Part shown: in pieces, positions 41,482 through 49,699 of the stretch | Numbering within the stretch: position 1 is the first letter of the stretch | Layout: every line of letters starts with the position of its first letter | NCBI GenBank assembly: GCA_047622005.1 | Contig: JBLHML010000008.1 | Span: 20,733-84,732 of the forward strand | Length of the DNA stretch: 64,000 nucleotides | From: Dokdonia sp. | Lineage (GTDB): Bacteria > Bacteroidota > Bacteroidia > Flavobacteriales > Flavobacteriaceae | Reading direction: 5' to 3' | The notes under the pieces: model-generated | Databases searched by the model: none | What the model saw: the letters and a program-made list of their open reading frames with translations, nothing else | Told to the model about the DNA's origin: nothing | Program-made: the position numbers and the translations under genes

Positions 41482-41707
41482 TAGAAATCTCGATTAAAAT
41501 GTGAATTGCGGTTTCTTTTCGAATAGCTAAATGTGTCCCATTGATATTGAGATACATTGGATCTGCAAACGGTGCCACTTGCACAAGCTCAACAGAGTTA
41601 CCCGGTAGACACCCCATTTCTAAAAGTTTTAGTGGTATATGAATAGAGGAAACATCGGTAATTACACCTTGTTGACCTCGTTTTATATCTGCTAATGTGA
41701 GCTTCAA
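41474..41707 (-). CDS. feoA: Ferrous iron transport protein A
   Basis: KLLEMGCLPG...APFADP...LAIRK; overlaps the feoB start. Confidence 0.92.
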   Translation of the reverse strand: MKLTLADIKRGQQGVITDVSSIHIPLKLLEMGCLPGNSVELVQVAPFADPMYLNINGTHLAIRKETAIHILIEISNA

Positions 41708-41709
41708 TA

Positions 41710-41732
41710 TTATTTAGATTGATTTTAAGTAA
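41710..41732. promoter_or_regulatory. Imperfect palindrome, candidate iron-responsive (Fur-type) box upstream of feoAB
   Basis: TTATTTAGATTGATTTTAAGTAA; similar site at 62253-62275. Confidence 0.6.
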
Positions 41733-41778
41733 GCAAAAATAAAGTAAAATTGTAGTGTAAAAAAATTGTAATCGGTTT

Positions 41779-42447
41779 TTATTGATATTCCTTTTTAAGT
41801 CGCTTAATATCTTGAATTAAAGAGTCCACAGATGTTGGACTTATTCCATTGTATAAACCTCTAATTTGCTTGTTTTTATCGATAAGCGCGAAGTTTTCGG
41901 TGTGGATCATTCCATAATCTTCTGAGTTATCATCTTTAACTACTAAATATGATTTTCTTGCTAAATCATAGATTTGTTTCCGATCTCCCGTAACAAGGTT
42001 CCATTTACGATCATTAACACCTTTTTCTAAAGCATAACGTTTTAATTGCGCTACAGAATCTATTTCTGGAGTTACCGAGTGCGACAACAACATCAGCTCG
42101 TCGTCATTCAAAATTTCTTGTTGTACACGAGCCATTTGGTCTGTCATAATCGGACAAATCGTCTGACAAGTCGTAAAAAAGAAATCTGCCACATAGATTT
42201 TGTCCTTATACGTCTCTTGAGTAATCGCTTCACCATTTTGGTTTGTCAATTCAAAATCCGCTATTTTATGATTCTTTTTTTTATGTTGAATAGAGCTATC
42301 CACTAATGACACGTCTACTCTGTTAGGTGTGTAAATTGGTAATGGCTGTTCTACATTTAAAGCCGAATAAATAATATAAATAATAACAATTGATGCTATT
42401 GCTAGGACTAAAAAAAATAATTTTAACTGTTTTAGGTATCTCAACAT
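41779..42447 (-). CDS. SCO1/SenC family copper chaperone
   Basis: DFFFTTCQTICP, SVTPE.D, W.LVTG, HTENF.LID. Confidence 0.93.
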   Translation of the reverse strand: MLRYLKQLKLFFLVLAIASIVIIYIIYSALNVEQPLPIYTPNRVDVSLVDSSIQHKKKNHKIADFELTNQNGEAITQETYKDKIYVADFFFTTCQTICPIMTDQMARVQQEILNDDELMLLSHSVTPEIDSVAQLKRYALEKGVNDRKWNLVTGDRKQIYDLARKSYLVVKDDNSEDYGMIHTENFALIDKNKQIRGLYNGISPTSVDSLIQDIKRLKKEYQ

Positions 42448-42564
42448 AAACTGATAATTAAGTCTTTATCTATTGTGATTTGTAAGTTTGGAACCCAAAA
42501 ATACGACACAATAGCAACAAATTGACTACTTTTAACATGCTATTAGAATAAAAAGAAAAACATT

Positions 42565-44502
42565 ATGAAATTAAGACTACTCCTTTTATTAGGTCTCTGT
42601 TCAACACTATCTTTCTCACAAGATTACAATGAAACTTTAGATGCTATTCGCGAATCTGAAGCCAAATCTGCATTAAATCATATGATGCAACGCTCAAATC
42701 TTAACACTGGTAATTATGATTTAAAATATCATAGATTAGAATTGAGTATTGATCCAGCGGTTGCATTTATCACTGGAGATATCACCAGTTATTTTGAAGC
42801 AAAAAGTGAGCTAACAACAATTACGTTTGACTTGACCTCCAATATGATTGTTTCTCAAGTTATGCAAAGAGGAGACGCATTAGCATTTACTCAAAATGCA
42901 GATGATGAATTAGTAATTACACTGCCTGTGACTCAAAACACTGGTGTTTTAGATTCTCTAACAGTGAGTTATTCTGGAAATCCAATAAGTTCAGGTTTTG
43001 GTTCGTTTGAGCAAACTGATCATAATGGAGATCCGGTGATTTGGACACTTTCTGAGCCTTATGGAGCAAAAGCTTGGTGGCCCTGTAAACAAGATTTGAT
43101 CGATAAAATAGATTCTATAGATGTGTTTATGACCACACCTCATTTTAACCCATCAAACGAAGAATATATTTCGGTATCTAACGGTCTTGAGCAAAGTCAA
43201 ATTGTAACAGGAACAAATAAAACCACCCATTTTAAACACCGTCATCCAATACCAGCTTATCTCATTGCGATTGCTGCTACTAATTATGACGTTTATTCTC
43301 ATACCGTACCAAATAATGGCAATCCATTTGACATTGTCAACTATGTCTATCCGGAAAGCTTGGCAAACGCTCAAGCCAACACACCTATTACTGTAGATAT
43401 CATGAATATTTTCACCAATCTCTTTGAAGAATATCCTTATGCAGACGAGAAATATGGCCATGCCCAATTTGGTTGGGGAGGTGGTATGGAACATACAACC
43501 GTCTCATTTATGGGAAGCTTTGGACGTAATCTTGTTGCACATGAATTAGCACATCAATGGTTTGGAAATAAAATCACATGTGGCAGTTGGAAAGACATCT
43601 GGCTTAATGAAGGTTTTGCCACCTACCTCTCTGGTATTACCATAGAAAATTTAGATGGTAACGATGCTTTTACAACATGGAAACAGCAACGAAACAATTC
43701 TATTACCTCCCAAACCGATGGATCTGTTTATCTTACTGATGCAGACACAACAAGTGTTAGCAGAATTTTTAGTGGACGATTATCTTACAACAAAGGTGCT
43801 ATGGTTTTACATATGCTTCGGAAAAAACTTGGAGATACTCAATTTTTTCTGGCATTACAAACCTATTTAGCGAGCTCAGAGCATGCTTATGATTATGCTA
43901 AAACGGAAGATTTTATCAGTATAGTAGAAATGGCTTCTTCGGAAGATTTAACTGAGTTTTTTGAAGATTGGTTATACAATCAAGGCTACCCTAGCTACAC
44001 TATAAATTGGAATCAACCTGCAACTGATCAGGTATCCATAACTATTGCGCAGACTCAGAGTCATCCTTCGGTTTCCTTTTTTGAAGCTCCAGTTCCTGTA
44101 CGTTTGATTGGAACGCTTGGAGAAACATTGGACCTTATTTTAGACAATAGTTCTGATGGGCAAAACTTTTTAGAAAGTGTTAGTTTTGAAATTCAGGATG
44201 TGATATTTGATCCAGAATTCGATTTGATTTCACGAGATAACAGTGTACTTTTAGGCGTTGAGGATTTGGAGATAGCTGACGCTTTGGTGATGTATCCTAA
44301 TCCCACTTCTGGAGCCTTATATATAGACAAACCTTCAAGTTTAGATATTTCAGAAATAAAAATCTTTAATCCGTTAGGTCAACTTGTTAATCAGTTGCCA
44401 TATAGCTCTACTCTAGACACCTCTGTTTGGACTTCAGGATTATTCTTTATTCAATTTCAAACCAAAGATGGCGTCATTACCAAAACGGTATTAAAAAAGT
44501 AA
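42565..44502 (+). CDS. M1 family aminopeptidase with T9SS type A sorting domain
   Basis: GGGMEH, AHELAHQWFG, WLNEGFATY, YNKG; C-terminal YPNP...K. Confidence 0.93.
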   Translation: MKLRLLLLLGLCSTLSFSQDYNETLDAIRESEAKSALNHMMQRSNLNTGNYDLKYHRLELSIDPAVAFITGDITSYFEAKSELTTITFDLTSNMIVSQVMQRGDALAFTQNADDELVITLPVTQNTGVLDSLTVSYSGNPISSGFGSFEQTDHNGDPVIWTLSEPYGAKAWWPCKQDLIDKIDSIDVFMTTPHFNPSNEEYISVSNGLEQSQIVTGTNKTTHFKHRHPIPAYLIAIAATNYDVYSHTVPNNGNPFDIVNYVYPESLANAQANTPITVDIMNIFTNLFEEYPYADEKYGHAQFGWGGGMEHTTVSFMGSFGRNLVAHELAHQWFGNKITCGSWKDIWLNEGFATYLSGITIENLDGNDAFTTWKQQRNNSITSQTDGSVYLTDADTTSVSRIFSGRLSYNKGAMVLHMLRKKLGDTQFFLALQTYLASSEHAYDYAKTEDFISIVEMASSEDLTEFFEDWLYNQGYPSYTINWNQPATDQVSITIAQTQSHPSVSFFEAPVPVRLIGTLGETLDLILDNSSDGQNFLESVSFEIQDVIFDPEFDLISRDNSVLLGVEDLEIADALVMYPNPTSGALYIDKPSSLDISEIKIFNPLGQLVNQLPYSSTLDTSVWTSGLFFIQFQTKDGVITKTVLKK

Positions 44503-44560
44503 TTATAAATCAGGCTAAAACACTACTTTTGTCGCTTAGAATTTTTATGATTTAAGATAC

Positions 44561-45886
44561 ATGGAGTTTGTAATTAGAATATCTCAGTTTTTATTGAGTC
44601 TTTCACTACTAATCGTATTACACGAATTAGGACATTTTATACCAGCAAAATTATTTGGAGCAAGAGTAGAAAAGTTTTATCTATTTTTTGATGTCAAGTT
44701 TTCTTTATTTAAAAAGAAAATTGGTGGTACTGAATATGGAATTGGCTGGTTACCATTAGGTGGTTATGTAAAAATAGCAGGAATGATGGACGAGAGTATG
44801 GATAAAGAGCAAATGGCTCAACCACCAAAACCTTGGGAATTTCGATCAAAGCCAGCTTGGCAGCGTCTAATAATAATGTTAGGTGGTGTTACGGTTAATT
44901 TTATTTTGGCCTATGTTATATATGTATTCTTAGCTTTTGGTTATGGAGATACTGATATAACTGCTAATAGTGTAAAAGATGGTTTTACGGTCACTAACCC
45001 TATTTTAACAGATTTAGGATTAAAAACTGGAGATAAATTAGTCTCTATTAATGGTGAAGAGGTAATGATGGTTTCTGAAATTAGAAAGAAACTAATCGAA
45101 GCTGAAAAATTAACGGTTATAAGTAACAACGAAACTAAAGAAATCATACTTCCTGAAGATTTTTTAGGACAATTAAGTACTGGAGATAGCAGAAGCTTTT
45201 TTGGTTTGCGTTATCCGTTTGTTGTAGAATCTGTCATTGATACTTTAGCGAACAAAGGTAAAGACCTTAAAACTGGAGATATTATAGTCTCGATTAATAA
45301 TGAGCCTTTAAAATATTTTGATCAATTAGCAGATAGAGTAAAACCATTTTCTGGTACAAACGTTTCTGTCGCTGTTTTAAGAGACGGACAAACCATCACA
45401 ATGCAACTTAATGTTGATACTAATGGAAAACTAGGTATTGTCTCTGGTGGTACGTTAACTGATCTTGAAAAAGTGGGCTATTATGATATCGTAAGAAAAG
45501 AATATGGCTTTGGAGAAAGCATTGTAGTAGGCTTTGATAAATTTACAGGTCAAGTGTCTTCTTACGGAGTACAACTTAAAAAAATATTCACACCGAGTAC
45601 TGGCGCTTATAAAGGTGTTGGAGGTTTCAAAGCGATCTATAGTATTTTCCCAGCGGAATGGAGCTGGCAGGCGTTTTGGGCACTTACTGCTTTTCTATCT
45701 ATTATGTTAGGTGTACTTAACTTATTACCAATACCTGTTTTAGATGGCGGTCATGTTATGTTTTTACTGTATGAAATGATCTCTGGGAGAGCACCAAACG
45801 AGAAATTTTTAGAGCGCGCTCAACTTGTTGGGTTTATTCTATTAATAGCTATGGTACTGTCTGCCAATCTCAATGATTGGCTTTAG
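44561..45886 (+). CDS. rseP: RIP metalloprotease RseP
   Basis: LHELGH, PLGGYVKI, PDZ segments, NLLPIPVLDGGH. Confidence 0.95.
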   Translation: MEFVIRISQFLLSLSLLIVLHELGHFIPAKLFGARVEKFYLFFDVKFSLFKKKIGGTEYGIGWLPLGGYVKIAGMMDESMDKEQMAQPPKPWEFRSKPAWQRLIIMLGGVTVNFILAYVIYVFLAFGYGDTDITANSVKDGFTVTNPILTDLGLKTGDKLVSINGEEVMMVSEIRKKLIEAEKLTVISNNETKEIILPEDFLGQLSTGDSRSFFGLRYPFVVESVIDTLANKGKDLKTGDIIVSINNEPLKYFDQLADRVKPFSGTNVSVAVLRDGQTITMQLNVDTNGKLGIVSGGTLTDLEKVGYYDIVRKEYGFGESIVVGFDKFTGQVSSYGVQLKKIFTPSTGAYKGVGGFKAIYSIFPAEWSWQAFWALTAFLSIMLGVLNLLPIPVLDGGHVMFLLYEMISGRAPNEKFLERAQLVGFILLIAMVLSANLNDWL

Positions 45887-45941
45887 ATAAAAAAATCAAA
45901 TTTTTTTTAAAAAAAGGTTTTGACAAACTTAAAAAATACTA

Positions 45942-45949
45942 TATATTTG
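45942..45949 (+). promoter_or_regulatory. Bacteroidetes -7 promoter element of the tRNA gene
   Basis: TATATTTG with an upstream TTTG at about 45919. Confidence 0.6.
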
Positions 45950-45974
45950 CGCTCGCTAACGCGATATCTAACCT

Positions 45975-46048
45975 TCCTCTTTAGCTCAGTTGGTTAGAGC
46001 ATCTGACTGTTAATCAGAGGGTCCTAAGTTCGAGTCTTAGAAGAGGAG
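45975..46048 (+). tRNA. tRNA-Asn (GTT)
   Basis: Acceptor TCCTCTT/AAGAGGA, D arm GCTCAGTTGGTTAGAGC, anticodon arm TCTGA-CTGTTAA-TCAGA, T arm CTAAG-TTCGAGT-CTTAG. Confidence 0.97.
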
Positions 46049-46053
46049 CATAC

Positions 46054-46082
46054 AAAGCCACTATGAAAATAGTGGCTTTTTT
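46054..46082. terminator. Rho-independent terminator after the tRNA
   Basis: AAAGCCACTAT-GAAA-ATAGTGGCTTTTTT. Confidence 0.85.
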
Positions 46083-46118
46083 GTGTTTTATTACTAGTTA
46101 TTAAAGAAATACAGTAAA

Positions 46119-46901
46119 TTAAGCCCCTGGAAACTCAGCTTTACGCTTCTCCAAAAATGCAGTAGTTCCCTCTTTAAAATCTTCGGTACCAAAACATTTA
46201 CCAAATTGCTTGATTTCGGTTTTATAACCATCAACACCATCTTTATAATTAGCATTAATAGCTTTGATCGCGCCTTTAATGGCAACAGAAGAGTTTCTCA
46301 TTATTTTACTAGCAATTTTTTCAGCTAAAGCGATTAATTCTTCTTGAGAAGTTACATGATTAACTAGTCCATACTCTAAAGCTTTATTCGCATCAATCAT
46401 TCCTGCAGTCATCACTAGTTCCATGGCTCTACCCTTACCAACTAGTTGCGGTAAACGTTGCGTACCACCATAACCAGGAATCACACCTAAAGACACCTCA
46501 GGAAGTCCCATTTTCGCATTGTCACTTGCCACTCTAAAATGACAAGCCATTGCTAATTCTAAACCACCTCCTAATGCAAAACCGTTTACTGCAGCAATAA
46601 CTGGAGTTGATAAATTTTCTATATAATCAAAAAGTATTTTTTGACCTTCGGCTGCTAATTTTTCTGCGTTTTTAATATTGAAGTCTGCAAATTCACTAAT
46701 ATCGGCACCAGCCACAAACGCCTTTTCACCGCTTCCTGTAATAATAATTACTTTGGTGTCTTTATCCTTACCAGCCACTTTAAAAGCATTATAAAGCTCT
46801 CCAATAGTTGTTTTATTAAGGGCATTCAGCTTGTTTGGTCTATTAACTGTAATTGTAGTAATCCCATTATTAGTCGTACTTAAAATAGTGTTGTAGTTCA
46901 T
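46119..46901 (-). CDS. Enoyl-CoA hydratase/isomerase
   Basis: NRPNKLNAL, AFVAGADI, NGFALGGGLELA, PEV.LG.IPGYGGTQRL. Confidence 0.93.
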   Translation of the reverse strand: MNYNTILSTTNNGITTITVNRPNKLNALNKTTIGELYNAFKVAGKDKDTKVIIITGSGEKAFVAGADISEFADFNIKNAEKLAAEGQKILFDYIENLSTPVIAAVNGFALGGGLELAMACHFRVASDNAKMGLPEVSLGVIPGYGGTQRLPQLVGKGRAMELVMTAGMIDANKALEYGLVNHVTSQEELIALAEKIASKIMRNSSVAIKGAIKAINANYKDGVDGYKTEIKQFGKCFGTEDFKEGTTAFLEKRKAEFPGA

Positions 46902-46916
46902 TGTTGATTTGTTTTC

Positions 46917-47033
46917 TTTCCTGTGAAATCAGGAATCTTATTAATATGTTATTTACAGGCACATTTGTAAATTGTAGTGCTCAATTTATAGCACTCTTAT
47001 ATTTACTAGGAGATTCCAGCCTTCACAGGAATT
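46917..47033. repeat. Degenerate convergent pair of palindromic repeats (TTCCTGTGAA..C.GGAATCT)
   Basis: TTTCCTGTGAAATCAGGAATCT (46917-46938) and reverse complement of 47011-47033 AATTCCTGTGAAGGCTGGAATCT; the TGTC tags appear eroded. Confidence 0.6.
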
Positions 47034-47037
47034 AAGG

Positions 47038-48492
47038 TTATTTCCTAGGAAATGTAACCGTAAAAGTAGTTCCTTTACCGAGTTGAGATGTAAAGGTAAT
47101 ATTTCCTTTGTAAGTTTCAACGATATTTTTTACCATGGCAAGACCTAATCCCATTCCGCTCGATTTGGTTGTGAATTTAGGTTCAAAAATCTTGATTTCA
47201 TTATCTTCGGAAATTCCCAATCCATTATCTTCAACCGTAACCATAACAATTTGATCTTCGGAAATGACCTTAACCTCAATTCTTGGATTTTCTTGACCCT
47301 CTGGAATGGCCTGAATTCCGTTTTTAACTAAGTTAGTAACGACCCTAATAAGCTGTGTACGGTCAAAATTAACCATAATCTCATCTTCTTCCGAAGAAAA
47401 CAAAATATAATCTTCACTAAAAATATCTAAGCCTAACTTAACAATGTTAACCACATTTAGTGTTTCATTTTGCTGTGCTGGCATTTTTGCAAAATTCGAA
47501 AATGCACCCGCTATTGAACTCATCGTATCAATCTGCTGAATCAATGTCTGACTATACTCATCTACTTTTTGGTGAATATTTTCATCCTGAGGGTCAAACT
47601 TTCTTTGAAAACTTTGAACACTCAATCGCATTGGTGTTAATGGATTTTTAATCTCATGAGCCACTTGCTTCGCCATCTCTCTCCATGCTTGCTCTCGTTC
47701 ATTAGTAGCTAATATCACCGCACTTTCCTCGAGTTCATCAATCATACTATTATACGAGTTAATCAAAGTTGAGATTTCTTCACTAGAAGATGAAATTTCA
47801 ATTCTCTTGTTTCGTTTTTCTAAACGTGTTTCGTTGATTTTATCTGAAATTGTCTTAAGCGTTCTAGTAATATACTTTGATAGTAATAACGCTAATAAAA
47901 TAGCAATTAGAAGCATGAAAACATAGGCATATGCCAAGCGTTCTAAAAACTCTTTAAGCTCTTTATTGAGGAAATCATCATTCTCTAAATAAGGCAGGTT
48001 TAATATGGCTAGAGGTTTAGATCTTATATCGTAAATGTAGGTATATGACGATTGAAACGTTTCACCATTCTTCTTATTCTTGACAACATATCTATGGGTT
48101 GTACCATTTGAGATTTCATTTAAAATATCGACATCAATACAACTCACAATAGTATCTTTCGTAATATTAGCCTTAGAAGATTTTAACAGCGTACCGTCTA
48201 AATCATATAAAAGGACTCGTAAACCATGAATAGCATCAATACGATAAATTTCATCCTTGAAAATAAGAGCCACTTTATCTGTTTGTACAGGATAAGTGGT
48301 TCCTCTAATGACATAATTTATATCACTAATTATAGCTCTTTCCTTGCGCTCTAATCGTTGTTTGTGATAATCTCTAGCTTCTTCATTATATTGGTAAATA
48401 GTTACACCTGCAATCAAAACTGATGCAATAATCACCAATAATATCATGGCAAAAAATATACGGACTCGTAAAGACAGTTTGTTTAACTTCAT
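47038..48492 (-). CDS. Sensor histidine kinase (NtrY-like)
   Basis: Two TM segments, HAMP, AWREMAKQVAHEIKNPLTP, NLVKN, DNG.G, GMGLGL. Confidence 0.93.
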   Translation of the reverse strand: MKLNKLSLRVRIFFAMILLVIIASVLIAGVTIYQYNEEARDYHKQRLERKERAIISDINYVIRGTTYPVQTDKVALIFKDEIYRIDAIHGLRVLLYDLDGTLLKSSKANITKDTIVSCIDVDILNEISNGTTHRYVVKNKKNGETFQSSYTYIYDIRSKPLAILNLPYLENDDFLNKELKEFLERLAYAYVFMLLIAILLALLLSKYITRTLKTISDKINETRLEKRNKRIEISSSSEEISTLINSYNSMIDELEESAVILATNEREQAWREMAKQVAHEIKNPLTPMRLSVQSFQRKFDPQDENIHQKVDEYSQTLIQQIDTMSSIAGAFSNFAKMPAQQNETLNVVNIVKLGLDIFSEDYILFSSEEDEIMVNFDRTQLIRVVTNLVKNGIQAIPEGQENPRIEVKVISEDQIVMVTVEDNGLGISEDNEIKIFEPKFTTKSSGMGLGLAMVKNIVETYKGNITFTSQLGKGTTFTVTFPRK

Positions 48493-48638
48493 GTCAATTT
48501 TTGTAGTTCAATAAATGTAGCAATAATTAAACCAAAAGCACTTTGCCTAATATCCAATTTAAAAAAAAATCAAATTCTAAAAACTAAAAATCAGTCTTGG
48601 GGTTTTGGATTTTTCATTTTATTTGGAATTCAAAACTT

Positions 48639-49187
48639 TTAAGCATCTGGATTTTTGCGTCGAACATTTTTATAGATTTTAAATCCAAGCATCAATAAAA
48701 CCCCTAAAATAAATATCCCTGCAACGCCAAAGATCCAATTAATAGCACTTTTCAGAATAACTAAAAACACCACTGCGAATAATATAAACGTAGCCCCTTC
48801 ATTCCAAAGACGCATGAAGTTAGATGTTTTTCTAACGTCGTCGTTTTGCAACTGTTTATAATATTGATGTGTTTTTAAATGATATAAAATCAATAAGACA
48901 ACAAAGCCTAGCTTCACTTGCATCCAAGGTAACTCCAATAAAAACGGATGTAAAATAAGTAACCAAATTGCAAAGGAGGTTGCTAAAATTGCTGATGGCC
49001 AAGTAATTATATTCCATAAGCGCTTTGTCATAAGTCTTAATTGCTTGCCTAAAATTTCCTTTTCTGGAGACGGTTTATCAAAGGCTTCAATTTGATACAC
49101 AAATAATCTCGGGATGTAAAATAAACCGGCAAACCAGGTCACTATAAAAATGAGGTGTAAGGCTTTTATGTAGTTATAGTATTCCAT
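48639..49187 (-). CDS. hemJ: Protoporphyrinogen IX oxidase HemJ (CopD-like)
   Basis: KALHLIFIVTWFAGLFYIPRLFVY, W...KL, R.WNE. Confidence 0.9.
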   Translation of the reverse strand: MEYYNYIKALHLIFIVTWFAGLFYIPRLFVYQIEAFDKPSPEKEILGKQLRLMTKRLWNIITWPSAILATSFAIWLLILHPFLLELPWMQVKLGFVVLLILYHLKTHQYYKQLQNDDVRKTSNFMRLWNEGATFILFAVVFLVILKSAINWIFGVAGIFILGVLLMLGFKIYKNVRRKNPDA

Positions 49188-49220
49188 TAAATTTGACAGT
49201 ATTTTATGTCTATTTGATTT

Positions 49221-49294
49221 GTCTCGACTCCGCTCGACATGACAGATCTATTATAATTTTAAAAGTTACAGTCACATCGAGCGTAGTCGAGATG
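49221..49294. repeat. Two tagged palindromic repeats downstream of the GIY-YIG gene
   Basis: Reverse complement of 49221-49244 = TGTCATGTCGAGCGGAGTCGAGAC; 49271-49294 = GTCACATCGAGCGTAGTCGAGATG. Confidence 0.85.
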
Positions 49295-49295
49295 T

Positions 49296-49610
49296 TCATT
49301 TTTCAAAGTTTTTATAATTCGTGTCGTTCTTACAAATTGATAAATACTTCAATAACTCAAAATCTTCATTTGCCAAAGCTAACTTTTTACTTCGACTCCA
49401 TTTTTTTATTTTCTTCTCGTAATATTCAGCTTGATTAAACTGGATGAACTCTTGGTCATAGATTAAGGTTAATGGTCTTTTTTTATAAGTATAACAATCA
49501 ATATTTAATCCTAATCTGTGTTCTTCCAAACGTCGATCGATACTATTTGTCATTCCTGTATAGATTTAATCATCAGAACATTTTATCAGATAAACGTAAT
49601 AGAATTTCAT
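49296..49610 (-). pseudogene. GIY-YIG nuclease (UPF0213/YhbQ-like) with a premature TAA at codon 15
   Basis: ATG 49610: MKFYYVYLIKCSDD*IYTGMTNSIDRRLEEH...YT..KRPL.L...A...EKKIKKWSR.KK.AL; stop at 49566-49568. Confidence 0.88.
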
Positions 49611-49626
49611 GATTGTCTTTTTACTG

Positions 49627-49696
49627 CTTCTCGATACACTTCGCTATGTGCTTTCAATAAAAACATGTTTTCACTTCATCAATGCTCGAAGTGACA
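49627..49696 (-). repeat. Long-loop variant of the TGTC-tagged repeat upstream of the GIY-YIG gene
   Basis: Reverse complement reads TGTCACTTCGAGCATT...(about 40 nt)...GTGTATCGAGAAG. Confidence 0.65.
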
Positions 49697-49699
49697 GCG

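Noticed and set aside
45975-46118. tRNA-Asn as an island integration site
   Set aside because: Followed directly by a terminator and housekeeping genes; no integrase or duplicated tRNA 3' end seen
48560-48635. Degenerate AAATTCC/TTGGAAT-like heptamer runs between the kinase gene and hemJ
   Set aside because: Reminiscent of repeats flanking four-helix-bundle genes, but too degenerate and AT-rich to support, and no such gene is present
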